64,000 nucleotides of DNA, from contig JBHPEY010000001.1 in assembly GCA_042576705.1 (NCBI GenBank), forward strand, positions 1,045 to 65,044, given 5' to 3'. How positions within the stretch are numbered: position 1 is the stretch's first letter; every line of letters begins with the position of its first letter. The notes under the pieces are model-generated. The model made no database searches. It worked only from the letters and a program-made list of their open reading frames with translations, and was not told where the DNA came from. Shown piece by piece: positions 18,115 through 27,444 of the stretch. The position numbers were made by a program, and so were the translations under genes. The DNA comes from Nanobdellota archaeon (lineage in GTDB: Archaea; Nanobdellota; Nanobdellia; Woesearchaeales; UBA11576).

Positions 18115-20826
18115 ATGAAAAGAGGTGTTATTGTAGTACTAGTGATGTTACTTGTTCTACTTTCTACTTCTGTTGCTGCTCTGCTTTCTGTTGATCTCTC
18201 TCCTGCTTCGGCTTATGAGACCAACAGCGTTGGCTTTGAGCTGAACGTGTCTAACTTTCGTAATGCGTATGAGATAAACTCACTTAGCGTTGATGCTTCT
18301 GGGTTCTCTGTATCTTCGCTTGTTGATTATGTTGGGTGGACTGAGTCATATAATTCTAGTGTTGCGTCTTGGACAGATGGTAGCATTGCCAATAATGTCG
18401 TGCTTGCTGTGTTTGAGTTCCTTGCTGAGGCGCCCATGGTCTCTGAGGACCAGGCTGGTGAGGCTACTGTGACTCTTGTCGATTCTTTTTCTGTCCCGCA
18501 TTCATTCACTTTCCCGCTTACTATATTGAACGATGACACACCACCAGTCATGACTGATGTCGTGCCTGTCGACGGAGCATATGTCAAGGAAGGCATACCT
18601 GACTATGCAGTCAGTGCTAACATAACTGACCCTGAGACTGGCATCGAAAATGCGACATTCCACTGGGTACGGTGCAATTACGACGAAAACATAACGCCGA
18701 CTGATCACACCCTGCAGTTGGCGCAAAATCAGGGAGTGTACCAAACCACCATAGACCTCTCCGGTTATACGGATACAAACCAGGTCTGCTTTGACTTTAC
18801 CGCATATAATCGCGGCGGAGATCAGTCATCGCAGACTGGTACACTCACCATAGATGGCGTTCCACCAGAAGTAACATTGGTTTCTCCCGTCGACCGGGCT
18901 ATAATAGGCCTTAGCAGGAACTTCAGCTTCTTCGCTGCTGACAACACGGAAGAGACAGTGACCTGTAGCATGTACGTAGACGGCATAGAGTACATACAAG
19001 ACATCGAAGCGCAGCACATGGATATAGTATCAATTGGGAGTGCTGACGTAGTTGAAGGAGAGCATACATGGAGCATAGCGTGCAGAGATCCTGCCGGCTG
19101 GGAAGCCGCCAGTGCAACATGGACTTATACATTAGACAAAACACCACCGAGTATAGAGATGACTGCTCCAGAGAACAACACCATCATAGCAGAAACAGAG
19201 ACCCTGCTCTTCAGTGTGACAGACAATTTTTCTTTGTATAAGGTCTGGCTCATGGTAGGCGGGAATGAAACAGAGGTAGATGGAGAGTTCACAATTGATG
19301 TGCATACCTGGCCAGATGGACCGAACGAATTTGCGGTCCGGGCGAGTGATTCTGTCGGTAACCAGGCTGAGCGGACCTATCGAATATTAATTGACAGAAC
19401 AGCTCCCCAAATTGCACTGGTCGCTCCTGAGACAAATAGCACGAGCGATGTCCATGTAGCCATAACATACAGAGTGCTGGATGACTACGACGAAGAAATG
19501 GACTGCAGAGTATACGTAGATGAAGAGGGACAAGAGCAACATGTAGCGCAGGACGAAGCGGAGACTGTATGGCCTACACTCATGGCCATAGGAGAGCACA
19601 GGTGGAATGTTCAGTGTGTCGACGATGCAGGAAACACCGGAACAAGTGATGAAAGACAACTGACTGTAGTAGATATATCAGGCCCAGACATCGCAATGGA
19701 CAGCGTTGATACCGTGACAAGGGGCGATCCCGTAGAAATAAGCCTTGAAGTCATAGACGTCAGCGGAGTAGATGCAGTGACTGCTGAATTGATTGAACCT
19801 GATGGTCATCACCAAACCATCTCCCTAGAGAAGTTGGGTGATACCTACACAGCAGCGGTTGAGACTACGATAGAATCCGATGTTGGCACGTATACCTTGC
19901 AGGTGTACGCAGTTGACACACTGAACTTTTCTAATCAAGAAGAGTTCACATTTGATGTAACGTATAGGTATGTTGTTGCGCTGGAGCTTGATTCCAGCGA
20001 TGTGGCGCCTGGGACAGATGTAATCGCGTCAGGCGTTGTGGTGTATGACAACGGGAGCGTGGTGCCTGAGGATGTCGTGGTGCTCTCTTTGCCAGGCAAT
20101 GTGAGCGAAGACGTTGTGCTCGGTGATGATGGTGCTTTTTCGCATACCTTTTCAGCACCTGAGACCGATGGTGCGTATGACATCGTCGTTTCTATTGTCA
20201 GTGTGGGAAATGGAATGGAGTTCACGAGCACAGAGCAGCTGACTGTCGCCACGCCTGAACAGCCTCAGGTAAGAGGTGGTGGAGGAGGACACGGCGGCGG
20301 GAGCGGAAGCAGCGGTGTCGCTGACACTGACAGCAGTGGTGGTTGCGAAGCTGACTGGAGTTGCACTGCGTGGACAGAGTGCTCATCAGGGCAGCAGAAG
20401 AAGATATGCGTAGACCTTAACCACTGCAATAGTGATGATGTAAAGCAGATCAAGGAACGATCATGCAGGATGCCAGAGAAGACGGAGGAAACAGAAAATG
20501 ATGGAAGTAGAGAAAGAGTCGCAGTCTCTGCGGCTAGAGAACCACTACCAGACCCAGAGGAGCATACGGTTGACACGATTGAGGAAGACCAAGGAACTAC
20601 AGCAGGCATTGGTAAAGCCACTGGCTTCATGAGCAGGTTTGACATAAGACCCATGAACATCATTTTTGCCCTCCTGCTCATGACAGTACTGGTGGGAACG
20701 CTGTATAGGTATGGCTGGGGCAAGGGTGACCGCAGGCGGAAACCTGCTGCCGTCGACATGCTCGGCGGAAGGAAGAAGCTCAACCTTGAGGATTATCTCG
20801 AGGGCAGGGCGCGAAGAAGGATATGA
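18115..20826 (+). CDS. large surface protein with multiple Ig-like domains, Cys-rich module and C-terminal TM anchor
   Basis: The signal is MKRGVIVVLVMLLVLLSTSVAA. About six Ig-like repeats end in D-x-[AV]-G-N-type strands (ASDSVGNQAERTY, CVDDAGNTGTSD, AYNRGGDQSSQT). A G-rich linker and the module CEADWSCTAWTECSSGQQKKICVDLNHCNSD follow. The TM segment is IIFALLLMTVLVGTLY. The track start at 18106 is TTG. Confidence 0.8.
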   Translation: MKRGVIVVLVMLLVLLSTSVAALLSVDLSPASAYETNSVGFELNVSNFRNAYEINSLSVDASGFSVSSLVDYVGWTESYNSSVASWTDGSIANNVVLAVFEFLAEAPMVSEDQAGEATVTLVDSFSVPHSFTFPLTILNDDTPPVMTDVVPVDGAYVKEGIPDYAVSANITDPETGIENATFHWVRCNYDENITPTDHTLQLAQNQGVYQTTIDLSGYTDTNQVCFDFTAYNRGGDQSSQTGTLTIDGVPPEVTLVSPVDRAIIGLSRNFSFFAADNTEETVTCSMYVDGIEYIQDIEAQHMDIVSIGSADVVEGEHTWSIACRDPAGWEAASATWTYTLDKTPPSIEMTAPENNTIIAETETLLFSVTDNFSLYKVWLMVGGNETEVDGEFTIDVHTWPDGPNEFAVRASDSVGNQAERTYRILIDRTAPQIALVAPETNSTSDVHVAITYRVLDDYDEEMDCRVYVDEEGQEQHVAQDEAETVWPTLMAIGEHRWNVQCVDDAGNTGTSDERQLTVVDISGPDIAMDSVDTVTRGDPVEISLEVIDVSGVDAVTAELIEPDGHHQTISLEKLGDTYTAAVETTIESDVGTYTLQVYAVDTLNFSNQEEFTFDVTYRYVVALELDSSDVAPGTDVIASGVVVYDNGSVVPEDVVVLSLPGNVSEDVVLGDDGAFSHTFSAPETDGAYDIVVSIVSVGNGMEFTSTEQLTVATPEQPQVRGGGGGHGGGSGSSGVADTDSSGGCEADWSCTAWTECSSGQQKKICVDLNHCNSDDVKQIKERSCRMPEKTEETENDGSRERVAVSAAREPLPDPEEHTVDTIEEDQGTTAGIGKATGFMSRFDIRPMNIIFALLLMTVLVGTLYRYGWGKGDRRRKPAAVDMLGGRKKLNLEDYLEGRARRRI

Positions 20827-20835
20827 TGTGATAGC

Positions 20836-21687
20836 ATGGTATTAGAGAAATACTTCAAGGCAGATGCTGTAGAGCACAGGCCGCACATCGCTTTCTTTTT
20901 CGGTTTCGTGTTCACGGTCATATCATTCTTTATCTCGTATATACTGTTCAGACAGTTCATGTCGCTCGCCATAGTGTTCATGGCAACCCTGCTGTTGACA
21001 CCCACACTTGTGATGCTGTTGAAGCATGAGGAGAGGATCGAGCGCAGGTTCGGCATCAAGCATTTCTTCAGGAACCACAAGGCGATATACGAGGCATATA
21101 TCTTCGCATTCCTTGGTGTGTTTCTCGCGTTCGTGTTCCTTGGGCTTGCTTATCATGACAAGCCGCACATGTATGGGCAGCTGTTCGACTTCCAGACAAG
21201 GTTCCTCAGTTTCCAGCAGGGATTGAGTGTGGAGGGTGTGCAGGATTTTGTCGCAGGGAATGTCCAGTTTGGTTCCGGACAGTTCTGGGGCATGCTTGCC
21301 AATGACATGATAGTCCTGGTGCTGTGCTTTGTGCTGTCTTTTGTCTATGGTGCGACAGCCATATTCCTGATAATATTGAATGGCAGTGTCTTTGCCAATT
21401 TCATCGTGTTCGTGATCAGGACCTTGTCCACGAGTTTTGTGCAGGGTTTGCAGGCGTTTGTGTTTTTTCTTATCCATATGATTCCTGAAGTCAGTGGATT
21501 CTTGATTGCTGCTATTGCTGGTGGTGTTGTGTCCAAGGCAGTGTTGACCGAAAAGAAGGGATCGAAGGCGTTCAGGAACGTGTTCAAGGACGCTACAATA
21601 TTGATGCTTATCGCTATCGGGCTGGTCGTGTTGTCTGTGCTGTTAGAAGTGTTTGTTACTGCGAAGCTTTTCCAGACTTTCTTTTGA
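20836..21687 (+). CDS. SpoIIM-like (DUF95) integral membrane protein
   Basis: It has about six TM segments, and the C-terminal motif FLIHMIPEVSGFLIAAIAGG is like the H-G-x-x-E...G motif of the SpoIIM family. It starts 9 nt after the surface-protein stop. Confidence 0.65.
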   Translation: MVLEKYFKADAVEHRPHIAFFFGFVFTVISFFISYILFRQFMSLAIVFMATLLLTPTLVMLLKHEERIERRFGIKHFFRNHKAIYEAYIFAFLGVFLAFVFLGLAYHDKPHMYGQLFDFQTRFLSFQQGLSVEGVQDFVAGNVQFGSGQFWGMLANDMIVLVLCFVLSFVYGATAIFLIILNGSVFANFIVFVIRTLSTSFVQGLQAFVFFLIHMIPEVSGFLIAAIAGGVVSKAVLTEKKGSKAFRNVFKDATILMLIAIGLVVLSVLLEVFVTAKLFQTFF

Positions 21688-21994
21688 GGATCCTGTCTGT
21701 CACATTGTTCTCTTCACAGAACTTCCTGAGCTGCTCCAGATAGTCGGATATCTCATAACCCATGTGGAAGGCATCCTCGATCACTTCGGTCAGCATCCTT
21801 GCCCTTCTTTCAGGAGACATGTGCTGATAGCCGTGTAAGGTGTCATCTACATACCTGTTGTAATCAGGGTCCTTGAAACTACCCATCTCTGCTCTGCGGC
21901 GCTGGCCTGTCTCGTCAAGATGTCTTAGGTGAGCTTCAAATGATTCGTATAATGGTCTTTCTGTCATTCTATCATCAACTCCGTAACATATCAT
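21656..21994 (-). CDS. hypothetical protein (downstream member of a two-gene cassette)
   Basis: This is a 112-aa charged, helical-looking ORF. Its start overlaps the 3' end of 21975..22631 by 20 nt. Confidence 0.5.
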   Translation of the reverse strand: MICYGVDDRMTERPLYESFEAHLRHLDETGQRRRAEMGSFKDPDYNRYVDDTLHGYQHMSPERRARMLTEVIEDAFHMGYEISDYLEQLRKFCEENNVTDRILKRKSGKASQ

Positions 21995-22631
21995 ACACCG
22001 ATGCCAATATCTCCTGGGACTTTATCCTGTTCTTCAATTCGTTCCTACCTATACCTTCCATCGGAGGATAATCCAACTCAGAGAAATATTTCTGCCCTTC
22101 ACTTTCGAAAGAGACTGTGCCGACAAAGTGCTTGTCGAATATATTCCTGTTCAGCCTCAGATCAGAGCGCCATAATGTGTCTCGATTATCATTAATACCT
22201 TTGATTATTTCCTGATCACCCTTGTAGTCAGACGCGAGACCGAAAAGGCTTACATGAAGATTTTCCCATCTGTCTGTGATGTTGCGGCCATCTCTTTCCA
22301 GATCGAACACCATGACTCCTCCAGGAGAATCACCAGGTTTACATGAATACCGGGTTACCAGCTCACACATGGCCAGAAGCTGGAACAGCCGTTTCCTTGA
22401 CTTCTCCTTATCATAGAATGTACCGATGTTAAGATATCCTTGTTTCTGTTCCAGGATAGACCTCAGATTTCTCCTAGGGGTCCCGTGCAGTCCAAAATAA
22501 GGCACTTCTTCAGACAGATGATATTCCAATAATACCTCTATGTTATCTTTGGATGTTGCCACAAACCTTTCATAAGGCATTGTACAGATCTCTTCTTTGC
22601 TGGGTAGCTTGATGTCTTGTAGAATCGCCAT
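21975..22631 (-). CDS. hypothetical protein with HGT motif (possible ART/Tpt1-like fold, speculative)
   Basis: This is a 218-aa ORF. PYFGLHGTPRRNLRSILEQ resembles the [YF]-HGT-x5-I-L motif of KptA/Tpt1 and ADP-ribosyltransferase-fold proteins. There is no other support. Confidence 0.55.
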   Translation of the reverse strand: MAILQDIKLPSKEEICTMPYERFVATSKDNIEVLLEYHLSEEVPYFGLHGTPRRNLRSILEQKQGYLNIGTFYDKEKSRKRLFQLLAMCELVTRYSCKPGDSPGGVMVFDLERDGRNITDRWENLHVSLFGLASDYKGDQEIIKGINDNRDTLWRSDLRLNRNIFDKHFVGTVSFESEGQKYFSELDYPPMEGIGRNELKNRIKSQEILASVYDMLRS

Positions 22632-22876
22632 ATTGCACCTTATCTAAATATCATCAGCCAAAAGAATTGTGATTTCATTTATAAAGGTTTTGGTTTATGA
22701 CTACTTGTTGGTAGTCATTTTCGTAATCTTTTTATATAAGAAATGCGTAATTATGGGCATTCCTGTATAAGGAAGCTCTGGTGAGAAGCATGATCCGGAT
22801 GTGAGGATACAGGGTACAACAAACCGTGTTGAGGGGTCGTTCAGGCCCTGATTTTTCTTTTTTATATCCTAAGCAG

Positions 22877-23851
22877 TCATTTTCGCTTTACTTTCTTGCT
22901 GTAATGCCCTTCCGGTTTTATGTACCTGTGTATCGGATGGTCTTTCTTTGCATAAGCTGGATGTTTCTTTACATCCTCTGTCTTGACCTCTATCCTCTTC
23001 GCTTCCTTGTGTTTCTTCAGGAAACTGAGGTCATCCCTCAGCTGTCTTGCTATGTGCTCCCTGTCCTTCAGGTGTTCGGCAAAACTCCTCATCGCGAAGC
23101 TCAGCATGAAGATGAATGCGCAGAGCGCTATGGTCATCGTCGAGAACATGCCTGACACCGCCATCACCTTTATTGCGTTGCCTGATATCGACGTCACTAT
23201 CACGTCGGCCAGTATGAGCCTCAGGAGGATGAAGTAGCCTATCATGACAAGCGCGCTGTTGAAGAACGTGTCAGTGATGATGAGTGTCTTGTAGAATATC
23301 TCCTTTTTTGCCCAGACCTTGATGAATGCTGTTATTATCAGGATCACTCCTGCGGCGAGGAAGAGATTGCTGTAGAAATCCCAGATGAAATCCTGCGGGA
23401 GGGTCGCTGGATCGAGCGCTTTCCCGACAAGCCAGTTGCTCATGACTATTGCAGAGGAGATCTGCAGTATGATGATTACGATGAACGCAGCTGCTGAGGA
23501 TATCAGCAGGACCCTCGATGTCTGCAGCAGAAGGGAACGCGTGTCCCTGAATGAGGTGACCTTCATGCCCGCGCCGATCAGGAGAATCATGATCGATATG
23601 ATTGTTATTGCCCAGAAATCAATGGGAACCAGGATGTGATTGAAAGGGAAGTCTGTCGCGAGGTGGTCAAGCATTCCCAGCACTTCGGCCATACCTGTGT
23701 TTATTGTGTTGAGGATTGTGAATCTCCATGAAGAGACCATGAGAAGCCTGTTGAATGCTATTACAATCAGGATTAGTGTGAGTGAGACTGTGAGAAGTAC
23801 ATCTGCTGTCATGGACCGTGCGTGATGGACGGTCAATCCCCTCTTTTTCAT
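22877..23851 (-). CDS. polytopic membrane protein with basic C-terminal tail
   Basis: The start is placed at MKKRGLTV, about 26 nt from TTTATATA (23874-23881, minus strand). It has about eight hydrophobic segments and a lysine-rich cytoplasmic tail. Confidence 0.65.
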   Translation of the reverse strand: MKKRGLTVHHARSMTADVLLTVSLTLILIVIAFNRLLMVSSWRFTILNTINTGMAEVLGMLDHLATDFPFNHILVPIDFWAITIISIMILLIGAGMKVTSFRDTRSLLLQTSRVLLISSAAAFIVIIILQISSAIVMSNWLVGKALDPATLPQDFIWDFYSNLFLAAGVILIITAFIKVWAKKEIFYKTLIITDTFFNSALVMIGYFILLRLILADVIVTSISGNAIKVMAVSGMFSTMTIALCAFIFMLSFAMRSFAEHLKDREHIARQLRDDLSFLKKHKEAKRIEVKTEDVKKHPAYAKKDHPIHRYIKPEGHYSKKVKRK

Positions 23852-23929
23852 GGGGGTTGTTTTATGTTTTTGGTATATAAATGTTATTGCCTGATTGTAC
23901 ACAACAAGATATAGCAAATCTGAGGCCGC

Positions 23930-24044
23930 CGCTGCCCCTTTTGCGAAGCGTCTTTATACAAATTCATGAGGGCCGCCGGGGGGACGTCCCTTACGGGGAC
24001 GGCGGCCTTATGCGGTAATACATTAAGCGCTTCGCCTGGCAGCG
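23930..24044. repeat. GC-rich nested-helix element
   Basis: Three nested complementary pairs are present: cgctgcc (23930-36)/ggcagcg (24038-44), gcgaagcg (23943-50)/cgcttcgc (24028-35) and ggccgcc (23971-77)/ggcggcc (24001-07). An inner gtccc/gggac hairpin is also present. Confidence 0.5.
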
Positions 24045-24180
24045 CACGGAGGTTTTTGTGAAGCGTAGCGGAACAAAAACCGGAGCAGGCCTCGGATTTG
24101 CGTCCTGAAGAAGGAGTTTTCTGAATTCTTGTGCGGATCCTGTCGCTTTCAGTACAAAGCTTAAGACGACATCTTTGGAA

Positions 24181-24260
24181 AAAGGAACGATATAGGGGAA
24201 AAGGCCTGCGGCCAAAAACGATAGTCAGACAGTCTTAGAACTTGAGTGCTTGGTTGCAGC
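24181..24260 (+). repeat. module-C element (solo copy)
   Basis: aaaggaacgatataggggaaaaggcctgcggccaaaaacgatagtcagacagtcttagaacttgagtgcttggttgcagcg matches module C of the composite elements. Confidence 0.75.
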
Positions 24261-24288
24261 GGCCTGCTTCGTGGGAACAGCACCTGAG

Positions 24289-24510
24289 CTATCTGATTAT
24301 CCTCTCGATGATCCCGTGGCTATTACCTGTCGTTATCATCAATGCAGAGGAGAACGTGGCAATCATGTGCAGCTCTTTATGATAGGTGCCTGTCAGAAGA
24401 AATACCAACCACCAAACCAATAGTAGTGCACCTATCAATATCACTGCCTTGAATGCCTGTCCTGCTACCAACCCCCATTGGTAGCGTCTCACGTAGCTTG
24501 TTTCGGTCAT
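24289..24510 (-). CDS. possible small membrane protein
   Basis: This 73-aa ORF has one clear TM segment (AVILIGALLLVWWLVFLL). There is no homology evidence. Confidence 0.35.
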   Translation of the reverse strand: MTETSYVRRYQWGLVAGQAFKAVILIGALLLVWWLVFLLTGTYHKELHMIATFSSALMITTGNSHGIIERIIR

Positions 24511-24895
24511 AAAGAAAAGGATTCTGCTTGCACATAGAGGCTATGTGCAAGCAGGTCCAAACCACCCCCAAAGAGTATGAAAAAATTACACAACTTATCT
24601 TCTTTATGTGAGCATGAATGGGACCAAATTCGGTTCGAGGGGACCTCGAACCACCCCACCGTGCTTCTCATTTGACCTAAAACATCATAGGTGCATCTAG
24701 TATATAAAACTTCCGAATTTTCCCTCACTTCCGTAATTTCCTTTACTTGATTTGATGCTCTATACGGCTTTAGGTTGTGTTTTTGTGGTTTCGAAACCTT
24801 CACGAAATGAATGGGTATTTATAAATAGAAATTGAATTCAGTATAGGGATTTGGCTACTGTTTTAGGAGGTGTAACAAAAAGAAATTGGAAAACA

Positions 24896-24944
24896 ATGCA
24901 ACCGTTCGGTTGCAAGGTTGGCTGCGGTTCAAACCTTAGCCAAC
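24896..24944 (+). mobile_element. module-B two-hairpin mini-element (solo copy)
   Basis: The sequence is aatgcaaccgttcggttgcaaggttggctgcggttcaaaccttagccaac. Hairpin 1 is TGCAACC-gttc-GGTTGCA. Hairpin 2 is GTTGGCT...AGCCAAC with an inner GGT/ACC stem. The same unit occurs at 41493 and 62896. Confidence 0.6.
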
Positions 24945-24956
24945 TATTGAAAATAA

Positions 24957-25277
24957 TTATGCCTTGTTAGGCTCGTAACCTGCAGCTTCAAGTCCGCTCA
25001 GGTACTGCTGGATCTGCTGTTCATCATAGCAGCCATCCTGGAACACTACAGCGACTTCTTTGCCTCTCTTGATCCTTGCAGCGTATTCCTCACCACCGTT
25101 CTTGAAGTATATCGCCTTGTTGTCGATGCTAGGTTTCAGGCCTCTTCCCTGAAGATTCTTGATCGCTTCAAACTCCTTCTGCGAAAGTTCGCCGATGCAT
25201 CTCATTTGCATCATAGCCTTCGGTTTCAATGGCTGTATCTCTTGGTCATTTCTCCTCATCTCAAAACACCTCAACAC
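24957..25277 (-). CDS. hypothetical protein downstream of rps7
   Basis: This is a 106-aa ORF (alternative start MRRNDQ at 25259), 15 nt downstream of the S7 stop on the same strand. I recognise no motif. Confidence 0.5.
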   Translation of the reverse strand: MLRCFEMRRNDQEIQPLKPKAMMQMRCIGELSQKEFEAIKNLQGRGLKPSIDNKAIYFKNGGEEYAARIKRGKEVAVVFQDGCYDEQQIQQYLSGLEAAGYEPNKA

Positions 25278-25291
25278 TATATGTTGTCTAT

Positions 25292-25891
25292 TTATCTAGA
25301 ACTGTCGGCTTGTCTCTCAAGTTCAAGCTTCTTTGATATCGCCCCGGACTGTCCGGATTGATTGAAAGCATTGATTATCTCATCTGCAACTGCAGCGACG
25401 ATAGATTTCTTTGAATTGAACGCCTTCTGGCAGGCGCTTTGGGTCATGTATTTCATGGCCTGGTCTGTCCTTCTTTGAGGCGCGACCTCGACGGCCTTTG
25501 GATACTTTGCGCCGCCATACTCGATCGTGACTATCTCTTCCCGCGGAGCAGCGTTCTCTATTGCCTTGATCAGCACGAGAACAGGGTTCTGGTTGGTCTT
25601 CTTCTCCACAATCTCTAGCGCCTGTTCCATTATCTTGAAGACTGTGTTGCCCTTGCCAGTCGTGTGGCCTGAGCTGATTATGTGCTTCTTGGACTTGTGG
25701 CCGCAGTTCATCAATCGGTTCATGAACCTCTCGACTACGAATACGTGGATAGACTTGTGGAATCGGAACTTCGCAGAGCGTCCGCCTGTGTCCGGCACTA
25801 TCCTCGGTTCGAGGTTCATGACATTCTTCAGGCCAGGATCATCTATCTGGATCCCTTCCATGCTCCATCTGTTGAATACTAGAATTGACAT
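25292..25891 (-). CDS. rps7: 30S ribosomal protein S7 (uS7)
   Basis: The archaeal uS7 pattern is present: PDTGGRSAKFRFHKS, NRLMN..HKSKKH, AIENAAPREEIVTIEYGGAKYPKAVEVAPQRR and KKLELERQADSSR. Confidence 0.95.
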   Translation of the reverse strand: MSILVFNRWSMEGIQIDDPGLKNVMNLEPRIVPDTGGRSAKFRFHKSIHVFVVERFMNRLMNCGHKSKKHIISSGHTTGKGNTVFKIMEQALEIVEKKTNQNPVLVLIKAIENAAPREEIVTIEYGGAKYPKAVEVAPQRRTDQAMKYMTQSACQKAFNSKKSIVAAVADEIINAFNQSGQSGAISKKLELERQADSSR

Positions 25892-25893
25892 TT

Positions 25894-26331
25894 TTATTTC
25901 CTTGCTTTCTCCAATTTGCCTTTCAATAGGGCACTGAGTGATTGATCATTGACTTTCAGGACCTGCCATCTGACACCAGGGATGTCTCCTTTCGACCGTC
26001 CCATGTTGCCGCCGATGCATTCGATCACGACCTCGTCGTGCTCGTCAACAAGCTTTGTAGCGCCGTCTCCTGGCAGGAAAGCTGTTATCTGCTTGCCATT
26101 CTTGATCAGCTGGACCCTTGCGCATTTTCGCATGGCAGAGTTTGGCTGCTTTGCCTCGAGCTGCACTTTCTCAAGCACGATGCCTTTGGCCTGCGAAGCT
26201 CCAACAAGCGGGTCAGACTTCTTCTTGAGGTCCAATGCCTTACGGATGAACCATCTCTCGCTCCACCTACCTGTTTTACGCCTTTTGGCGTTTTTAACGC
26301 CTGCTCTGAGTCCATTTGCTTTGTTTCCCAT
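25894..26331 (-). CDS. rps12: 30S ribosomal protein S12 (uS12)
   Basis: The internal Met start gives [11 protein letters not shown]..., with [30 protein letters not shown] and [21 protein letters not shown] lies about 26 nt upstream. Confidence 0.95.
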   Translation of the reverse strand: MGNKANGLRAGVKNAKRRKTGRWSERWFIRKALDLKKKSDPLVGASQAKGIVLEKVQLEAKQPNSAMRKCARVQLIKNGKQITAFLPGDGATKLVDEHDEVVIECIGGNMGRSKGDIPGVRWQVLKVNDQSLSALLKGKLEKARK

Positions 26332-26353
26332 ACTGTTGCGGAAAAAAAGGGTG

Positions 26354-26361
26354 TATATAAA
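26354..26361 (-). promoter_or_regulatory. TATA-box candidate for the rps12-rps7 operon
   Basis: The minus strand reads TTTATATA centred about 26 nt upstream of the rps12 ATG at 26331 (leaderless geometry). Confidence 0.5.
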
Positions 26362-26413
26362 GGTTCTGGTGCTTGTGCCTGGTTTCCTTATAAACATGAG
26401 AAATATGAGAATT

Positions 26414-27295
26414 CTAGGGAATCACGATGTCTCCGACTACCGGCCTGTGGTCTGACATCTCTGCCCATATCGTGTGGTAGTTCTCTATCCTCAGCGGGTC
26501 TGAGGCCAGGATGTGGTCCAATGAGTCCTTTGGCTTGTGGGAACGGAATGTGGGAATGCCTGCCTTGGGGTTCTTGACAAGCCCTGATCCAACTATCCTG
26601 TCAAAGGCAGGGCTGCCCGGGCCTGAGTTGAAATCTCCCAGCAGCACAAAAGGGCGTTTCTTTGTCTTCAGGTAGTTCAAGAGGATAGCTACCTCTTCTT
26701 TCCTGTTACCTTGTGAGTGATGGTCAAGATGGGTCAGGACAATGTTCAGCTTCTTCCCTGGCCTGTACTCCACATCGAAATCCATGAATGTCTTGAAGAT
26801 ATGCTTTATCCTCTGCGCGTATGTCGTGCCGTACTGCCTGTTGTAGTTCAATGTCAGGGGGTATTTGCTCACGACTGCGTTACCCACGTCAATAATTCCT
26901 GGCGCCTTGAACAGGCTCTCTTTTATGACGTGGTTGTAGCAGAGGTGCTTTGCAATGTGCTCTGCCTGGTCTATGTAGTGCGTGCGGGTCGAGTCGAAGT
27001 CGACCTCGTTCATGCAGAGCAGTTCTATGTCTTCGGATTGTGACATGGCACCTATCTGGCCAAGGTTGAAGAGGATTGCGTCCCTGCTCCGCATCTTCCA
27101 GAACTCATCATAGTTTCCCCTTGCGTTCGCGATGTTGTAGGACATGACACGCACTTTCTCTTCCAGCTTTGCGGCGTGGTAGCAGTCCATGTTCATGTCT
27201 TTCAATGATATCCTATAGCAGCCAGAAGTCGCGGCGAGCGCAGCAATGCCTGTGTATCCTAGAAAACTCCGTCTATTTACCTTTTTTTTTGACAT
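26414..27295 (-). CDS. endonuclease/exonuclease/phosphatase (EEP) family lipoprotein with Tat-like signal
   Basis: The N-terminus is [26 protein letters not shown] (a twin-arginine-like RR plus a lipobox Cys). EEP motifs are [32 protein letters not shown] and [10 protein letters not shown]. Confidence 0.8.
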   Translation of the reverse strand: MSKKKVNRRSFLGYTGIAALAATSGCYRISLKDMNMDCYHAAKLEEKVRVMSYNIANARGNYDEFWKMRSRDAILFNLGQIGAMSQSEDIELLCMNEVDFDSTRTHYIDQAEHIAKHLCYNHVIKESLFKAPGIIDVGNAVVSKYPLTLNYNRQYGTTYAQRIKHIFKTFMDFDVEYRPGKKLNIVLTHLDHHSQGNRKEEVAILLNYLKTKKRPFVLLGDFNSGPGSPAFDRIVGSGLVKNPKAGIPTFRSHKPKDSLDHILASDPLRIENYHTIWAEMSDHRPVVGDIVIP

Positions 27296-27444
27296 CTTCC
27301 TTTAGCGAGTGCAAAAAATGAACAGATATGATGAAAAGATGAAACATTCTTTTAATAATTTGTTCAGGTGTGAAACAGAAAATCGATTATGTCGTGATCA
27401 AACCTGCATAAAATCAAAGAAACAGAAAAAATCACGGAATCTGT

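Noticed and set aside
24632-24652. GGTTCGAGG...CCTCGAACC looked like a tRNA T-arm or a split-tRNA half
   Set aside because: It is a simple perfect hairpin. No acceptor, D or anticodon arm can be built from either strand of the flanks.
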